64,000 nucleotides of DNA, taken from contig OZ316899.1 in the NCBI GenBank assembly GCA_973895155.1, positions 15,031,974-15,095,973 of the forward strand, given 5' to 3'. The stretch is from Marsupella aquatica (taxonomy: Eukaryota; Plantae; Marchantiophyta). Positions 36,983-50,700 of the stretch are shown in pieces; positions within the stretch are counted from its first letter, which is position 1; every line of letters begins with the position of its first letter. The notes below the pieces were generated by a model. The model made no database searches. It saw only the letters and a list, made by a program, of their open reading frames with translations, and had not been told where the DNA came from. A program made the position numbers and the translations under genes.

Positions 36983-39900
36983 TGTGATGTGCCATTTTTG
37001 TGGAAGTGAAACCCCCGAGTCGGCATTGAGGAGCGACTGTCAGTCAAGTGCATGTGGTGCATTGGGAGATTGCGCAAGTTCTTGGCATTCGGTGGAATGA
37101 ACACGGTGAATCAGGCAGGGAAGTTTTGGGGTTGTTTGCTTGAAGAAGCAAGGCAGTTGATACCTACGTATGAAGACGTTGAGCCGGAGCGCGCAGCCAA
37201 AGAACGAGCGGAGCTTGCACGATTGTGGGGAATTCACAAAATGGCATTTGTAGATACGGAGGAGGTGTTGGAAAAGTTCTCGTGGACACCCACCAGTGCG
37301 GAGCTTGATGAATTGCTTCTTCCAACACAACGCTTCGAAAGGTGTTCGAACTAACACCTACGCTTATCAAAGCCGTCTTCGCTTTACCAACAGGAAGGAA
37401 GACTAAGGTGGAGCAGAGGAAGATGTTGTCGGATGACCAGTTCAGGTCATTTCCAGGGCCTTCCACTAAGAATGGGTTTTTTAGGAATCAATGTACCAAC
37501 CCGCATATAGGGCAACTGATTGATTTCCTGAGAGTCACGTTGCATTGTACCTTGCCAAGAGCAGAAATCGGCAAAGCCCATGTATTTTTGGTGGAGAATA
37601 TCGATGCAAGCCGAGACTACAACGGCTATCTCTTAATGCAGTTGAAGAAGGCATTAAATGAAGAGAAGCAGAGCATTGGGGAGGGAGCGGTATCCAGACT
37701 AGGGTACCATCTGAAATTACTTTGCCGATATGCAAGAAGCCAGTCTTTTGCACCGGTGTTGCCTATACAGGAGCGGATGCCGATCACTACACCACTTGAG
37801 GAGGTGGAGGAGGACGAGGAGCCTCTAAGCAAGCGACGCCACGGGAGGAGGTCGGCAACACCGGCAACACAAGAATGGGAGCATTCCCCGATCAAGGAGG
37901 CAGAGGTAGTAACATATGATGTAGTGAGAAATCCGTTGCGCCAGCCTACTCGTAATAATCCATATGCAGGCATCCAATTGGTCGAGAGGAAGATGACTGC
38001 CAAAGAGAGAAAGAAATATGATGAGCGAATGGATTCGGAAACAGATGAGGAGGTAAGCCGAAGCCAGGAGAGGCCAGTATTAAGAGCTTCTAACAGAGCC
38101 CAAGTGGAGGGACCTGTGGAGGAAGGTCAACCAGCAGCAGCCCAACAATATTTGGAGGAAGAGATCGGGGGCTTTGGAGGAGAGGCCGGCATGCTAGGTA
38201 GTCAGGTTAATGTGGATGATTATGATGACGACTATGTCGATCACGGGGAGAGGCCGGTACCAGGAGTTAGAACGATGGGAAGGTTTTGTAGAAGACTTCC
38301 CGCAGTCTTCTATGGCAAGCCAGAGGACCAGAAAACCCCAGAGTCTCCTCCACCGGACGTGACACCATTGGAATTTGACCGAATGAAGGAAGCCGAGGCA
38401 GGTCTGAAGGAGAAACTCGACGAGTGGAGGGCCCAAAATGACATGCAGGAATGGCAGCTACCAGGGGGTGATTGGCCGGAGGAAATAAGATGGCTTAGTG
38501 AGAAGCAGGCCGAGCCTCTCACTGACTTCGATCAATTACGGGCAAAAGCTTGGGAGAAACGACCTCGTTGGTAGATGCCAGTATCACCTGGCAGGTCAAA
38601 ATATGCCAGGGATCGGGCTAGGGAGTATGGAGACATGTGTGGACTGCTCGCCTTAGAAATCTTTGGCAATGAGTTAGAATCCGGACCATTTCTTAGAAAG
38701 GAAATGGTTGACCAAACAAGATTAGCTAGAGGAGGCAATGACGTTGGAGCGATTAAAGAAAGAGGAGGTAATCGCTCGGCTTCGCTCCATGGAAGCCGAA
38801 GTTGCTAAGATAAAGTCTGGTCAACCAACTCAGCAGGATCTCTTGGCTAAGCACCAGGAATTGGAAGTGGCGAACAACCAATCGGAAAACTACCAATTGG
38901 ATAACCAGCAGATCAAGGAAAAATTGACAAAGGTAGAGCTGGAGTTAGCCGATTCAAAAGCAGAAGTACAGGGTCTAAATTGCCAAGTCAAGAGGCTCAG
39001 AAAGACGGCTAGGGATCAGGCCACCCAGAGCGAGAAGGCCTTGGCAAAAGCCCAAAGGAAGTATGACAAGTTACTCGACCGGTTGGAGGCCATGCGTGAG
39101 AAGCATGATGACGCCATTTGCACAGCCGCCAATGATCACCTAAGCCGAGTCCAACAGATACGCAAAGAGCTTCAGGAGGAGCTAACCAGGACAAAGCAGG
39201 CATGGACGGACAAGGTCACAAAATTGGAAGGCATCAACAATTCCCAGAGAGCCGCTTTGGATAAGCAAGAGTTTGAGATTGTGCAGATCTTAAACGAGGA
39301 GCTCAAGACGGCCAAAGAGGAGGTGCTCCGGCTTAATGAGGAGGTTGAGGATTTATCCCAAGAGCTGGAGGAGGCCAAAGACAAGATGATCGGCTTGCAG
39401 AGGTGTGCAGATAACCAAACAGAGAAGTTGCAAAAGTATGCCAAAGCTGGGCACGGATCACCAACTGGACGGTCTCCCGCTAGTGGCATGGTCGTCGGGA
39501 ATACGGAGATGCCGAAGCCGACATCTATTTTGTCAAGAGTAACTAGGGGTAAGGCAATGCAGTTGGTTGCGGATCTGGCCAAAACATTCATGGGGTCAGC
39601 AGGTACTTTTGGGGTACCCCTTAAAGCCACGCCATAAGAGGTTGAGAGTATGGCCGCCCACATTTGTGGGACTGTTGCTACAAAGGCAGTCGTGGTAGAG
39701 ATAAGTAATGCCGATGAACTTGGAGCTGTGGTAACAGGTTCAAACACCGGTACAGCCACCATGGACTACCAGAATGTGAAGCCGTGGAAGATCGATACAG
39801 GACGTATTGGAGAGCGGGCTTGGATTGAGGAAATAAAGGCCATTGCTATCCAAGTCATTTCCCAGGAGGATGCCGATGCAACAGCCAATGTCGGGGCCGA

Positions 39901-40910
39901 CAAACCAGAACCCGAAGTCGAGGAAGCCGAAGGGGTCAAGCCGGAGCTGATGGCAGGAGAAGGCGCAGAGTTGGAAGATTCGGACTTACCCCCGGTCACC
40001 TGACAATTAAGGAGGGCCAGTCATCGGTTGGAAGGAGGACGTGGCGGCAAGAGAAGGGCTTGGGCCAGAAGGGCGCGGCCGTTGTAGGATGGGACAGGGC
40101 AAGTAGCGCCCTGTCGGCTTAGGTAGTATTAGATGCTCGATTCACACAGGGTTCCGGGCTAGTCAAGTTTTTTAGGTGATAGTTTTTTAGTTGGATTATC
40201 GCGGTGGAAGGCCGTGAGTTGTGGTTAGGATTTCCGCCTTTTCCCTGAATGCGCTGCAAGGATAAAAACCTGGGCAGCGTGGCTCGGGGGGCTTTTTCTT
40301 AGTCAAGGCTTTAGTATAAATCTGTATTGTTGTGAGCACAAGAAGCTCTCGGCTAAATCTAGACCGCAGGGTATCAGTAAACCACCAGTTCCTTTGGATT
40401 TCTGAGCAATTGTTTGAATTGAGTTGGCCTCGTTGCATAGTTCGCAGATTCTTGCCATCCAAGAAGTTGAGTGTTATGATATTTGTTGCTTGATCGATTT
40501 AAGTCAAATAGGGTGAACTGTTGAGCAAAATACAATCGCATTGTCTTGATTGGAGACTGCCCAATCAAACTGTGAGAGAAAGGTGAGGATTGAGAGTGTT
40601 TAGTTGGTGAAGTGTGGGTTGAGTCAGTCTGAAAAAGACCTTCAGCCGGCTTAAGAAATTAAGCCGTAGAGGTACATTTCGGGGGCGGAATACAAATATA
40701 CCTGAAGAAGTTAAAGAGGAATTAGATGTCTCAGTTGTGCACAATTCACAAGCCCAATGAAAGAATCGATCCGATAAGTGTGGATCAAAGGAGAGGATCG
40801 CGTTTCCAAACCAAATAGCTGCCATACGGCAAGAGGACGGACATAAACAAGTGGTTTATGATCGACTGAGGGTAGTTCTTGGGGTTAGAGGTCTTGGAAA
40901 ACGTGCCACA
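36983..40910 (+). mobile_element. LTR-like unit D (diverged unit-A family member, internally deleted) with accessory ORFs
   Basis: Starts TGTGATGTGCC and ends GTTCTTGGGGTTAG...ACGTGCCACA, like unit A. ORFs 37052-40003 are colinear with 55082-58680. TATA-like TATAAAT at ~40315. No TSD recovered. Confidence 0.75.
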
Positions 40911-41800
40911 TGAGCCCAATCCAACCAGTCACACAAAGAAGGAGGAATTGCTACATTATTGTTGCAACAGACTATGCCACCAAATGGGTTGAAGCAGAGG
41001 CTGTGAGAAAAGATGATGCCCAATCATTGCACTTTTTCTTTTTGACAACATTATCACTAGATATGGTTTTGCTTTAGAGTTGGTTAGTGATAGAGGCACC
41101 CATTTCCTAAATAGCAACATAGAACTTCTCACAAGAACTTATCTTATTAAGCACCGCAAGACAACACCCTACAACCCTAAAGGAAACGGTTTAACGGAGA
41201 GAGCTAATGGAATTACCTGCAAAATTCTCACTAAACCTGTTTTTGCACACAAGAGTGATTGGGATATGAAGCTTCCGTCTGCACTTTGGGCTTATAGGAC
41301 TACACAAAAGATCACCACTAGACGGACCCCTTTTTACATGGTTTATGGCATAGACTCCATTGTTCCCATAGAATTAAGTTTACCCCTAGTACAATTGTTG
41401 GATGAGAGAAGATTACCTCCTAAGAAGAGTCAATTAATTAGGTTGATAGAACTGGAACACTTAGAGGAAAATTGCGTCTATGCACTCACACACACTCAAG
41501 CTCAACAACAAAGTAGGAAGACCACCCATGACAAGAAGTTGAAGGCAACTACTATTAAAGCAGGAGATTTAGTGTTACTATATGATAATTGTTATTCAAA
41601 GTTTCCTAGAAAACTCCACACTAGGTGGGGTGGACCATACTTAGTTTAAAATGTTAGGGCTAATTATGGTAGCCTTCAACTTGCCACCATAGAGGGCGAG
41701 ACCTTACCCACTAGAGTTAATGGTCATTGAGTTAAAAAGTACACCTCCCAGAATTTAGACTAGTGTCGTGTGGTCACTCCATTTTTTGAAGAGGGGGTGG
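40911..41800 (+). pseudogene. Gypsy integrase fragment (related to the integrase at 28000-28858) followed by a PPT
   Basis: YIIVATDYATKWVEA, VSDRGTHF, KTTPYNPKGNGLTERAN, LWAYRT and W.GPY. PPT GAAGAGGGGG, then TG at 41801. Confidence 0.9.
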
Positions 41801-43841
41801 TGTATGGTGTAATATTATTAGGTGAAAGAATTGATGGTGGTAGGAAAATGTTCTATATTTTAGTGATAGAATAAGAGTAGTTATAATTTAAAAACAAAAT
41901 ATTAGTTCATCAATTTAGGAATATGTAGGTTTATAACTGTTTAAAGCTCCAACCAAAGAGGAAAGGCCGGACTCTCACAAAAAGAGGGAAAACAATTTAA
42001 GAGGCTTAAGGGCGGGAGTTCAAAATGAGTCACGGATGGATGCGGTGGCAAGAAATGACAAGCTGTATTGGATGAAGGTTGAGAGGAGCCAACTCAGCTG
42101 AGCATTTTACCGTTGCTATGCGCAACCCTGTTGATTCTATTTCAATACGCAGGACTGAGCAGGGTGACATAGGCCAAATTTCCTTCCTGGCAGTGAAGCT
42201 GCCCAATAGATTGAGCAAAGCCTTTTCATTCTTGGCTGCAGAGTTTCAAGTTCTTTGTGAAGGAACGTAAGGCGCAATGGTGACAGTCCCGATGCCACCT
42301 GAAGCTGAGATTGCTTTCCAGCCCTCTATCGACTACTAGCTCTGTACAATTACCCATGGCTGAAGCAGTCATTTTGTTAAATCCTAATGATTTGTGCTAG
42401 CTATTGTATGAGAAGGGAGGCAATTCAGAGCATTTTTCCAGGGACTAATTGGTTTCACACACCTACTGTTGATTTCCTTTAGTACTATTGTTTTAAGAAG
42501 TTCTTGATCTGTCATTGGTATGGTCTGCATTAGTTTGAGAGGGGTCCTGTATATCATCAATTATCAGTGTTGTTGCCTTTAAATTTCTGAATCTCAGTTG
42601 AGTAGCTGAGATGGGGCCTTTGCACCTCCGCGCATCTCAGTTGGGCAGTTGAGATTAACTCAATCTCAACTAACCTCATTGAGATGGGGGTATGGACCCA
42701 AAAAAATGGAGAAAAAAATAGATTTTAAAAAAACATTTTTTGAAGAAAAAAATCCGGTGAAATCAAGTGTCCATATCGTATGGACACTTTACCATCTCAG
42801 CTAGCCTCGCCAAGATGGGATGTCCGTACGGACACCCACAGTGAAGAACAATTCAAAAAGGTTTTTTTGGTGCTTTTTTTGCATTGAAACTTGGTGGCCT
42901 CTTTGAGATGACGTGACAATTGATATCAAGTCAATTGATAGAGATGACTGATAACTGATGAGATGACTTATCTCAGTTTGAGAAGACCAAAAAGGTACCC
43001 TTGACCTTGATTCATTAGGTTTGGATTAAAGCCACTGCTGATGCTAGGGAATTGTTTGCGTTTGCCCTGATTTATGGAGATTTGGAGGTGGACGATCTCT
43101 CTTTGGCTACTTGTATCTTGGAAATCTTCCTGGATGGGCTACTAAGTTTCAATGCACTTATTTAACAAATCTTGGAAGCTGAAGCTGAGTCTTGCAGGTA
43201 TTTTGGAATCAAGCACAATTTTTGATCAAATTCACCAATTTGGAGGGAAATCTAGCTTTAGTGTGGAGAAACTGGAGAGAGCGATTATTGCCTCAGGTTG
43301 AGTCCAAAAGTTGCTTCTTACCGGTGAGAAATTTGTGTTGGATGATGAGCTTCACAAGTATTCTTGTCTAACTCCAATGCTTGATCGTGAGTACACTTTT
43401 ATTGCCAGAATGGTTGAGAAAAATCAACTATGTGATCCTCTCTTGGTTACTCTTGACTATAATCCACCCCAACTAGATGAGACAATGCAATTCATAGGAC
43501 CAGATGAGCTTGTTGACAATGCTGCCATTTTAGCTGAGAAATTGCTTGAACCTAATCATGATTCTAACCCTATGGAGATTGGTGTTCACTTGATACAATT
43601 CCTGAAGACTCTTATGCATTAGAAGACAAAGACCCAAATATTGACCTCATTCAGAAGGAAACAATTGAGGACTCTGAAGCACCAGTTAGCCAGGTTCATA
43701 ATCAGGAGCAGAAAAAAAATTCAAAAGCCATTCTCTTGATGCCAATTTGAAGTCTGAAGTTACCAGCAAGCGACCAAAACAAATTCTTTAGACTCTCTCA
43801 AAGAGCAAACTTCAGAAGAAGATCCAAACCTTTAAGTGTAG
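41801..43841 (+). mobile_element. Post-PPT region (probable LTR start, unit G) containing a decayed ORF of the second accessory family
   Basis: TG directly follows the PPT. Remnants ALYRLLALYNYPWL (~42322), VWIKATADARELFAFALIYGDL (~43020-43083) and GNLPGWATKF (~43120). Confidence 0.55.
42541..43000. mobile_element. Non-autonomous DNA transposon (MITE-like) with ATCTCAG/CTGAGAT subterminal palindromes
   Basis: It interrupts the unit-G ORF. Imperfect inverted ends (ATCATCAATTATCAG / CTGATAACTGATGAG). A related copy lies at 44765-44975. Boundaries are approximate. Confidence 0.6.
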
Positions 43842-46800
43842 TGTTAGGAATTGACTCGAGTTCCCGACTATAGTTAGTTTGGCCTTACTAGGGTTAATTG
43901 ACCCTTGGTTAGTTTAGGATAAGATCCACTTATTTAGGCCCACACATCTTAGCCCCCCTTGGGGGGTATAGATTGGAGGGAGAGCATTCTCTCCCTCATT
44001 CTTCACATGTTCAATCTCATGAGCTATGGATCCTTCAAGATTTTCTCCATGATCGTGGTGTCTTGTTGGTGTAGTGTGAGATTGAGTGCTCTCATGTTCC
44101 GCATTGCTGTCTAGTCTGGAGCTTACAGTTTTCCTACAAGTGGTATCAGAGCTTCATGTTCGATGTTTGGTTGCCTGGATAGTGGTGAGAGTGCTCTTTG
44201 TGTTGAATTGTGGTGACGGATCAAATTGTTTTCAACAATTTGTGTGATCGTGTCACTGGTCGTTGTGCGCTAGAGGTTTTGCATTCAGAAGGAGTGACGG
44301 TTTCTCGATTGAAACTTCACATTAGAAGTGTCGGATGTGTCTTTGGCTTTCTGAATGTATTGTCAGGCGGACAGTCTTGCATTTCATTGTGCGCATCGGC
44401 AGGCACTTTGTCTCGGTGAAATTTTCACAGCGTTTCATCCAGCGAGTGCGGAGCAATATCATTTTATATTTTGTTGTTTGTAGCCTGATCTCTTTGGCTA
44501 TGGAGTCTTTGTGTTTGGCTTGATCTCTTATGGGGTCTTGGGTTGATGTTTTCTTGGGAAAATGTCGATGTTCTCTTTTTTGTTGGATCAAAGTTGTGTT
44601 TTTTCTTTTTTTCCTTTGTTCACCTCTTGGGTCGCGTTGCGCAACAATTTGCGGTGACGCCGACAATTTGTGTGCTGGAGTACCAGTGCAAGTACGCAGC
44701 CATCGGGCACTATAGCGGTGAGGTGTGGTTGTTACTTAGGGCAAACAGAAAATGACAAGTGAAGGGGTACACAACATCATCAGTTATCAATGGCTGATAT
44801 CAGTTATCTCAAAAATTTCAGAATCTCAGTTGAGGAGTTGAGATGGGGCCTTCGAACTTCCGTGCATCTCAGCTGGGCAACTGAGGTTGACTCAATCTCA
44901 GCTGACCTCGTCGAGATGAGCGTACAGACTGAAAAAAATCGACGAGATGGGGCATACGGACCAAAAAAAAAACGGGAAAAAAAATCAAAATTTTCCCCAA
45001 AAACAAAATTTGGAAAAAAAATGGGTCACCGCAAATTGCGGAAAATCAGGTACACTAATGAACAGTGATTTTGTCCAAAAATCACGCCGTGTTTAGCGCT
45101 TATTCTGAGTGGTGGTGAGAAATTTCACCCGCAAAACAGTGTGTTGTCGCAGCTCAGTGGTGGTGAGACAGTCTTCCATGAAACACTGTTCCATCGCGGT
45201 TCGTTGGTGGGAAAAAACAGTACCCACGGAACACCGTTCCGCGACAACTTGGTGGTGGGAAAAAAAAGCAGTGACCCACGGAACGATGTTCCGTGGCAGC
45301 TTTGTGGTGGGGAAAAACAGGGACCACGGAACACCGTTCCGCGGGTGCTTTGAGGAGAAAAAAATAAAAATTTTGGATAACTTTTTTCAGAAGCAATTCT
45401 TTGCCAAATCATTTTCAGATATTGGTAGTGTACCTTATAGGCTACGCGGTGGTGCATTACAGTTCCACTTTTGCCAACTTTCATTTTTTGGTGATTGTGT
45501 GTAGAGGTATTTTGGTACTTGTGTTTCCTGTGTGTTTGTGTTAGCATCAATAACTTCACGAAAGCTTGCAGCGCCAAAGTTTGAGGTGGAAAAGTTTGAT
45601 GGGAAGGTCAGCTTTAGCCTCTAGACTCGGAAGGTCACCAACGTGTTGATCCAGCAGGGTCTTGAGAAGACCATCACTGGAGTGAAGCCCTCGACTCTTA
45701 CAGATGAGGAGTGGGAAGACATGTCGGTGCAGGCGTGTAGTACAATTGAGTTGTTCTTGGCGAACAACATTCTCAAGAACGTGTTGGGGATGGATCACAA
45801 CACCAAGAAGATTTGGGATACGCTTACTCAGCTATACCAAAGTACTTCATTGACTACTTGCATTTACCAGTTGGAGCGGCTATTCAGGTTGAAGTTGCAT
45901 GATGGTGGAAACAGGCATGATCATCTTAGTCTCTTTGATGAGATTGTGCATGAGGTGACCACGTCAGAAGATAAGTTGACCGATGAGTACCTTGCAATGC
46001 ATTTGTTGATGTCGCTTCCGAAGAGCTTTTCAACGTTGGTAACGGTCATCATGCATGACAAGCCTACATTGAAGCTGGATGCGGTGAAGGCCACTATTCT
46101 TGCAGAATGGAGCAAGCAACATCTATCTTCCCGTGATGATGAGTCTGCTGCCTTAATGGTTAGAGGTAGATCCTCTGAGCGTACTGTGGATCAATCTAGA
46201 TCTAGATTTCATACAGATCTAAATCTAAGTCCTATAGTAGGAAGGTTCAGTGTTGGCATTGCCATGAGAAGGGCCACACCAAGTGGTCTTGCCCTTCTTT
46301 GACCAGGCAGAAGCGTCCTGCTTCCGATGGTGCATTTTCATCTTCAGCTGGCATTGTGATTGCTGATCATGAGGATGGTGCTGAAGTGCTATGTATGGGT
46401 GTAGTTAATTCTGTGTATGACAATAAATGGATGTTGGATTTGGGTTCCTCTTATCACGTGTGTCCAACGCAATCTTATTTCTCTACTTACCAACCATGTA
46501 CTGGTAGCGTGGAAATCGGCAACGGGTCCGATGTGAGATTGTTGGCATGGGCACTATCAAATTCCGGATGTTTGATGGTGTTGTGCGAGCATTGACGAAA
46601 GTCAGACACATAATAGACATCTCTAAGAACTTGATTTCTCTTGGTGCTTTGGAAGCTGGTGGATATCATTTCATTGCACGCGATGGTGCGCTCTTTGTTG
46701 TCAAAGGTGAGGTATCTTTGATTAAGGCACTCCGACAGAATAATTTGTACATCTTGCAAGGAGATGTCATTGCTCCTAGAGTGGAGCATATGGATTCTAT

Positions 46801-47210
46801 GGTGGAACGTTTGGATGCAGTGGCATCGTCGGTTGCTTCAATTGAAGTACCATCAACATCTGGTTGCACACATGCCATAGACTTATGGCATGCACGATTG
46901 GGGCACTTGAGTGGTAAAGGATTGGCAGCCTTGGCAAACAAAGATTTGCTGCAAGGCGCACAATCTAGAAAACTTTCTTTCTGTGAAGATTGCAATTACA
47001 ACAAGCAGAGGAGAGTGAGTTTCAGTTCTAGTTCCTACCATTCTCATGAGATTCTTGAGTATGTACATTCTGATGTTTGGGGTCCAGCGCCGGAGCCGTC
47101 GTTGGGTGGAGCCAGATACTTGTGACATTTATAGATGATTATTCTCGAATATGTTGGCTGTACTACATGAAGGAGAAGTCTCAAGTATTTGAGATCTTCA
47201 AGGAGTATCA
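43842..47210 (+). mobile_element. 5' half of a Ty1/Copia element (Tnt1/Tork-like), truncated within integrase
   Basis: LTR at 43842-44138 (TGTTAGG...CCTACA). tRNA-iMet PBS TGGTATCAGAGC at 44141-44152. Gag KFEVEKFDGK and LLMSLPKSF; protease WMLD.GSSYH; LWHARLGHLS; LEYVHSDVWGP. Confidence 0.9.
44765..45350. repeat. DNA-transposon end fragment in the Copia leader: ATCTCAG palindromes plus ~47-bp tandem units containing GGAAC-N3-GTTCC
   Basis: 44765-44975 is similar to 42541-42710. About four CCACGGAACACCGTTCCGCG...TGGTGGGAAAAA units at 45175-45350. Confidence 0.6.
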
Positions 47211-47221
47211 GCCTATTCATT

Positions 47222-47570
47222 AAAAGTGTATTATTATTTGATTTATGTACATTTGCACAATGAAAAGTGTACTTTTGAGCTTGGAAAAGTGTATATTTGG
47301 CCAATGAAAAGTATACATTTGGGGATAAAAAAGTGTACAATTGGCCTAAAGAGTGTATATTTGGGCAATGAAAAGTGTACATTTGGGCATCCAAATATGT
47401 ACATTTGGCTTAAGAAGTGTACATTTTAGTACATTTGGCCTAGAAAGTGTACATTTGAGTAAAAATTACATACATTTGGCTTAAAAAGTGTGCATTTCAA
47501 TGCATTTGGTCTAGAAAGTGTAGCTTTGGGTGCAACAAAGTGTACATTTGGCCTAAAAAGTGTACATTTT
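47222..47570. repeat. Degenerate tandem array of ~20-bp AAAGTGTACATTTGG units (probable subterminal repeats of the transposase-bearing element)
   Basis: Roughly 15 copies, starting right where the Copia integrase breaks off and lying 3' of the minus-strand transposase. Confidence 0.75.
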
Positions 47571-47784
47571 CCTAACAACTCTTATTATAATAAAGGAATG
47601 AACAAAAAATACTTTTAATTATGCAAAATAACAAACATTCATATTCATAATAATCAAAAGTTTAGAAAATGAGGAGATAGTCTAACTAACACTCAATGAC
47701 ATGGTCTCACAAAAATATAAGTTAACTCTTACATAAAAACTAGTACTAACTATCTAATTATACCTTCGCTAGTGACAACTAAGT

Positions 47785-50700
47785 CTACTTGTCCATCCTT
47801 TGGAGATAACTTTGGACAGTTTGTAAAACATTTTGAGGAATCTTCAAACCTCTACCAACCATGTTTTCTTCTTTCATTCCAGATTTAAAACCATACATTG
47901 CAGAGTTTGCATACTGCCAATGTTGAGTGTTCTCACCAAATCCTGGATCTTGTTCCCATGTCTTGGTGGACATGAAACAGTTGAGATACCAAGCACTCTC
48001 ACTCACATCAAGTTTAGAGTGTTTAGGCCTCCACCATTCCACTGGGAATATTGGAGCATATTGTTGAGGCAAAGGAGTGTCTCTTGAAGACGCAATTGGG
48101 ACTTCATGCTTAGGGTCCACCAGACCCAAAGCTCTCACCAACCAGAAATGACCTCCACCATTTTTATTCTCCCAGTCATCCTCCAGTTGAAGAAAAACAA
48201 AGTTCCCTTCACAAATATCCTATAGGGGAATCCACCGTCCTTGTTCTCTCTCAGCTCAAGATCCAACAAATGGTGTTGCTTTATCTTCCATCTCTTCCAA
48301 GACCTCATTTTGAAGAGTCGTCATCTTTGCATTCTCCTCATCTTCACTTGGAAGACCACTTTGTTCCGGTGGATTGACCTTGTAACCAATGCCATGGTTA
48401 GTCTTAAGCCAAAATCCATTTTTCAAGGGAAATTGAGTACTTCCCTCCCCTTCTAGTGCGAGCCCATTTGTCAACAACTCCACAATTCTCTCCCAATATT
48501 TCACAAGAGGAAATCTTTCCTTATATGCTATAGATGTCTCATCAATGCAACTCTTTCTCAAAAAATCAAGGTACTTGTTGAGAAATGGGATAATCTCTTC
48601 AGATTTGTTTTGTAGCTCTCCAATGGATTTAGCTAAGGACTCTCCACTAGGTAGAAGAAGAGAATTTGTTGTTAGATCTGTTGCCCAAATGCACCTTCCA
48701 CCAACTAGAGCCCAAGCTTGCTCTACATGGGACTTATACTGAAATATTGGTACATTATCTCTCATAGAGAAAAGAAATGATACAGGTTTTGAATGACCTT
48801 GAATATCTTTCACCTTGAAAGTTTGAAGATATTCTTTGTAAGATGCAACTTCTTGTATCAATCTGGGAACTGGATGAATGCTCTCGCATTCCCATACCTC
48901 TATCATAAGAGCAAGGAGGGTCGCAACTTCTTTGTGCTGAACTTGATATGATACCTTTGAAAATAGTGCATCAATCATGTGTATGACCAACCATTAGAAA
49001 AGACATTTGAACAGTTTCAAATACTCCTCTACTCACAAGCTCGCTAAAAAAATGCCATGACAGTCTGGTTTTTGTTGTCCTTTGCTGAATTATCCATCTA
49101 CAATGTTAGGTGTTGTGGCAAGGGCTTCAACAATGGACTGCCTTGCTCCCCATGCATGTCTTCTCCATCATCCTCATCTTGCCGGTTTGGGATGGTCTCA
49201 GTCCGACAGTTTATGCCAAGGGAATCCTGGATTGGTTCCAAATAACCTGTCAAAAATGCTTCAAAGTCAAGTAGGGCTTGAAAGAAAGGTCTGTGAGGTT
49301 CCCAATGAAGGCCATCCAACATGTCACGTGTTTTGTCTCCATTGTACTCTTCAAGGTCTCAAAGGCACTTAGCCAAGGATGTCACCGTGAAATCGGCATC
49401 CCCTAGCCAAAGGCCAGTGACACTAAAGTGTGCGTAAATCCTGGATCTCTCCCATGAGTCAACATCTCTGTGAGAGCAATAGGTAGCGGCATTCCATGAC
49501 CTGAAAGCAATTTAGGAGTACTAACCATTTTTGGAATCCATGTTTTTGCTTGATCCATCTTGTCATGAATAATGCAAAGATATTCTCCTAGGTGTTGCTT
49601 GGCCATCACTCGATGAGCGTAGTAAACATATCTACGTGACATTTGCTCACAAAGATGTTGCGCTCATTTTTCTTCAATTTCAGCACATTCTTTTTTCCTT
49701 CTTTCCCGCATCAAATCGTCTTTGTATTCACAACAAAGAGTACACTTGGCAAATGCACCATCTTTATGGAAACTGAAGTTTGCAAATGAGGTGCTCCAGA
49801 TCTTGTAGAGAGTATTCTTTGTGACGGGAGGAAGCCCTTCTTCCTTCATCTTTGTTCTCACATCTTCTAGAATCTGTAGCTTCTTGTAACACGCCGAAAG
49901 ACGGTACTCAATGGAGTCTGTCCCATGTGCCCCTCCATAAGGCATATGAGGCATGGGCTCTGCATTTTGAGTCAAAAAAGCCTCCAAGAGAGCTTGTGCA
50001 TGCAAGGTATTTGCCCTTGTTTTCATCAAGCCCGTATTGCCATGGAACCCAATTTTGCAACCCTCCACGTATCTCCTTTTGTAATCATAATATTTGGTGT
50101 GGCTAAAACCATGGATAATTGCAAATGCATGTCTGCATACGACCATACCCTTAAGAACATGGTGTCCCTTATCACGAACATCATCCTCTCTATAGTGAAA
50201 GAGGTTGAAAATGTGTGACGTTTTTGATTTGCTAGACATCCCATGAAATTCCATCCTAATATCTTCGATGTTTTCCCTTGGCATAATGAGACAACATTTA
50301 TGCTTGCAACAATTTTCTCTTTTCACGTCATCAATTGACGCTTCTCTTGTTTTTGAAATTGCCTTGGTTTCCAACAACCTCTTCTTTTCATTTGGATCTA
50401 CTTGATTCCTCTTGTTAAAATTGTACGGCCTTGAACGCAGTACTCCTCTATCACTTACATCCTCATTGAGTTCATCCCTATCCATTGAGTCCATCCTCTC
50501 AGGACCTTCCACCAAAATGTCCAACAATTTTTTTCCATTTGCCACTAGTTTTGTTGAATCAATCCGCCATCAAATCAAACTCACTACTCCCCTGTGGATG
50601 TTGGGAAAGTATTGTGCTGCCACCACATCTTTCACAGCAATCCCAACATGGTCATCGCCAAGAATTTCATCATCAACTGCCGCCGTCACTTGAGGGGTAG

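Noticed and set aside
40001-40009. A second TGA-CAA-TTA readthrough context at the end of the unit D ORF
   Set aside because: It would add only about 27 codons, and the homologous site in unit A is TGA-CAA-TGG with a non-conserved extension.
42950-42965. Hammerhead ribozyme core CTGATGA
   Set aside because: No properly placed GAAA or flanking stems. It is part of the MITE inverted end.
42439-43069. hAT-like CAGGG...CCCTG termini around the MITE
   Set aside because: There is no 8-bp TSD, and the right-hand CCCTG lies within the interrupted ORF remnant (FAFALIYGDL).
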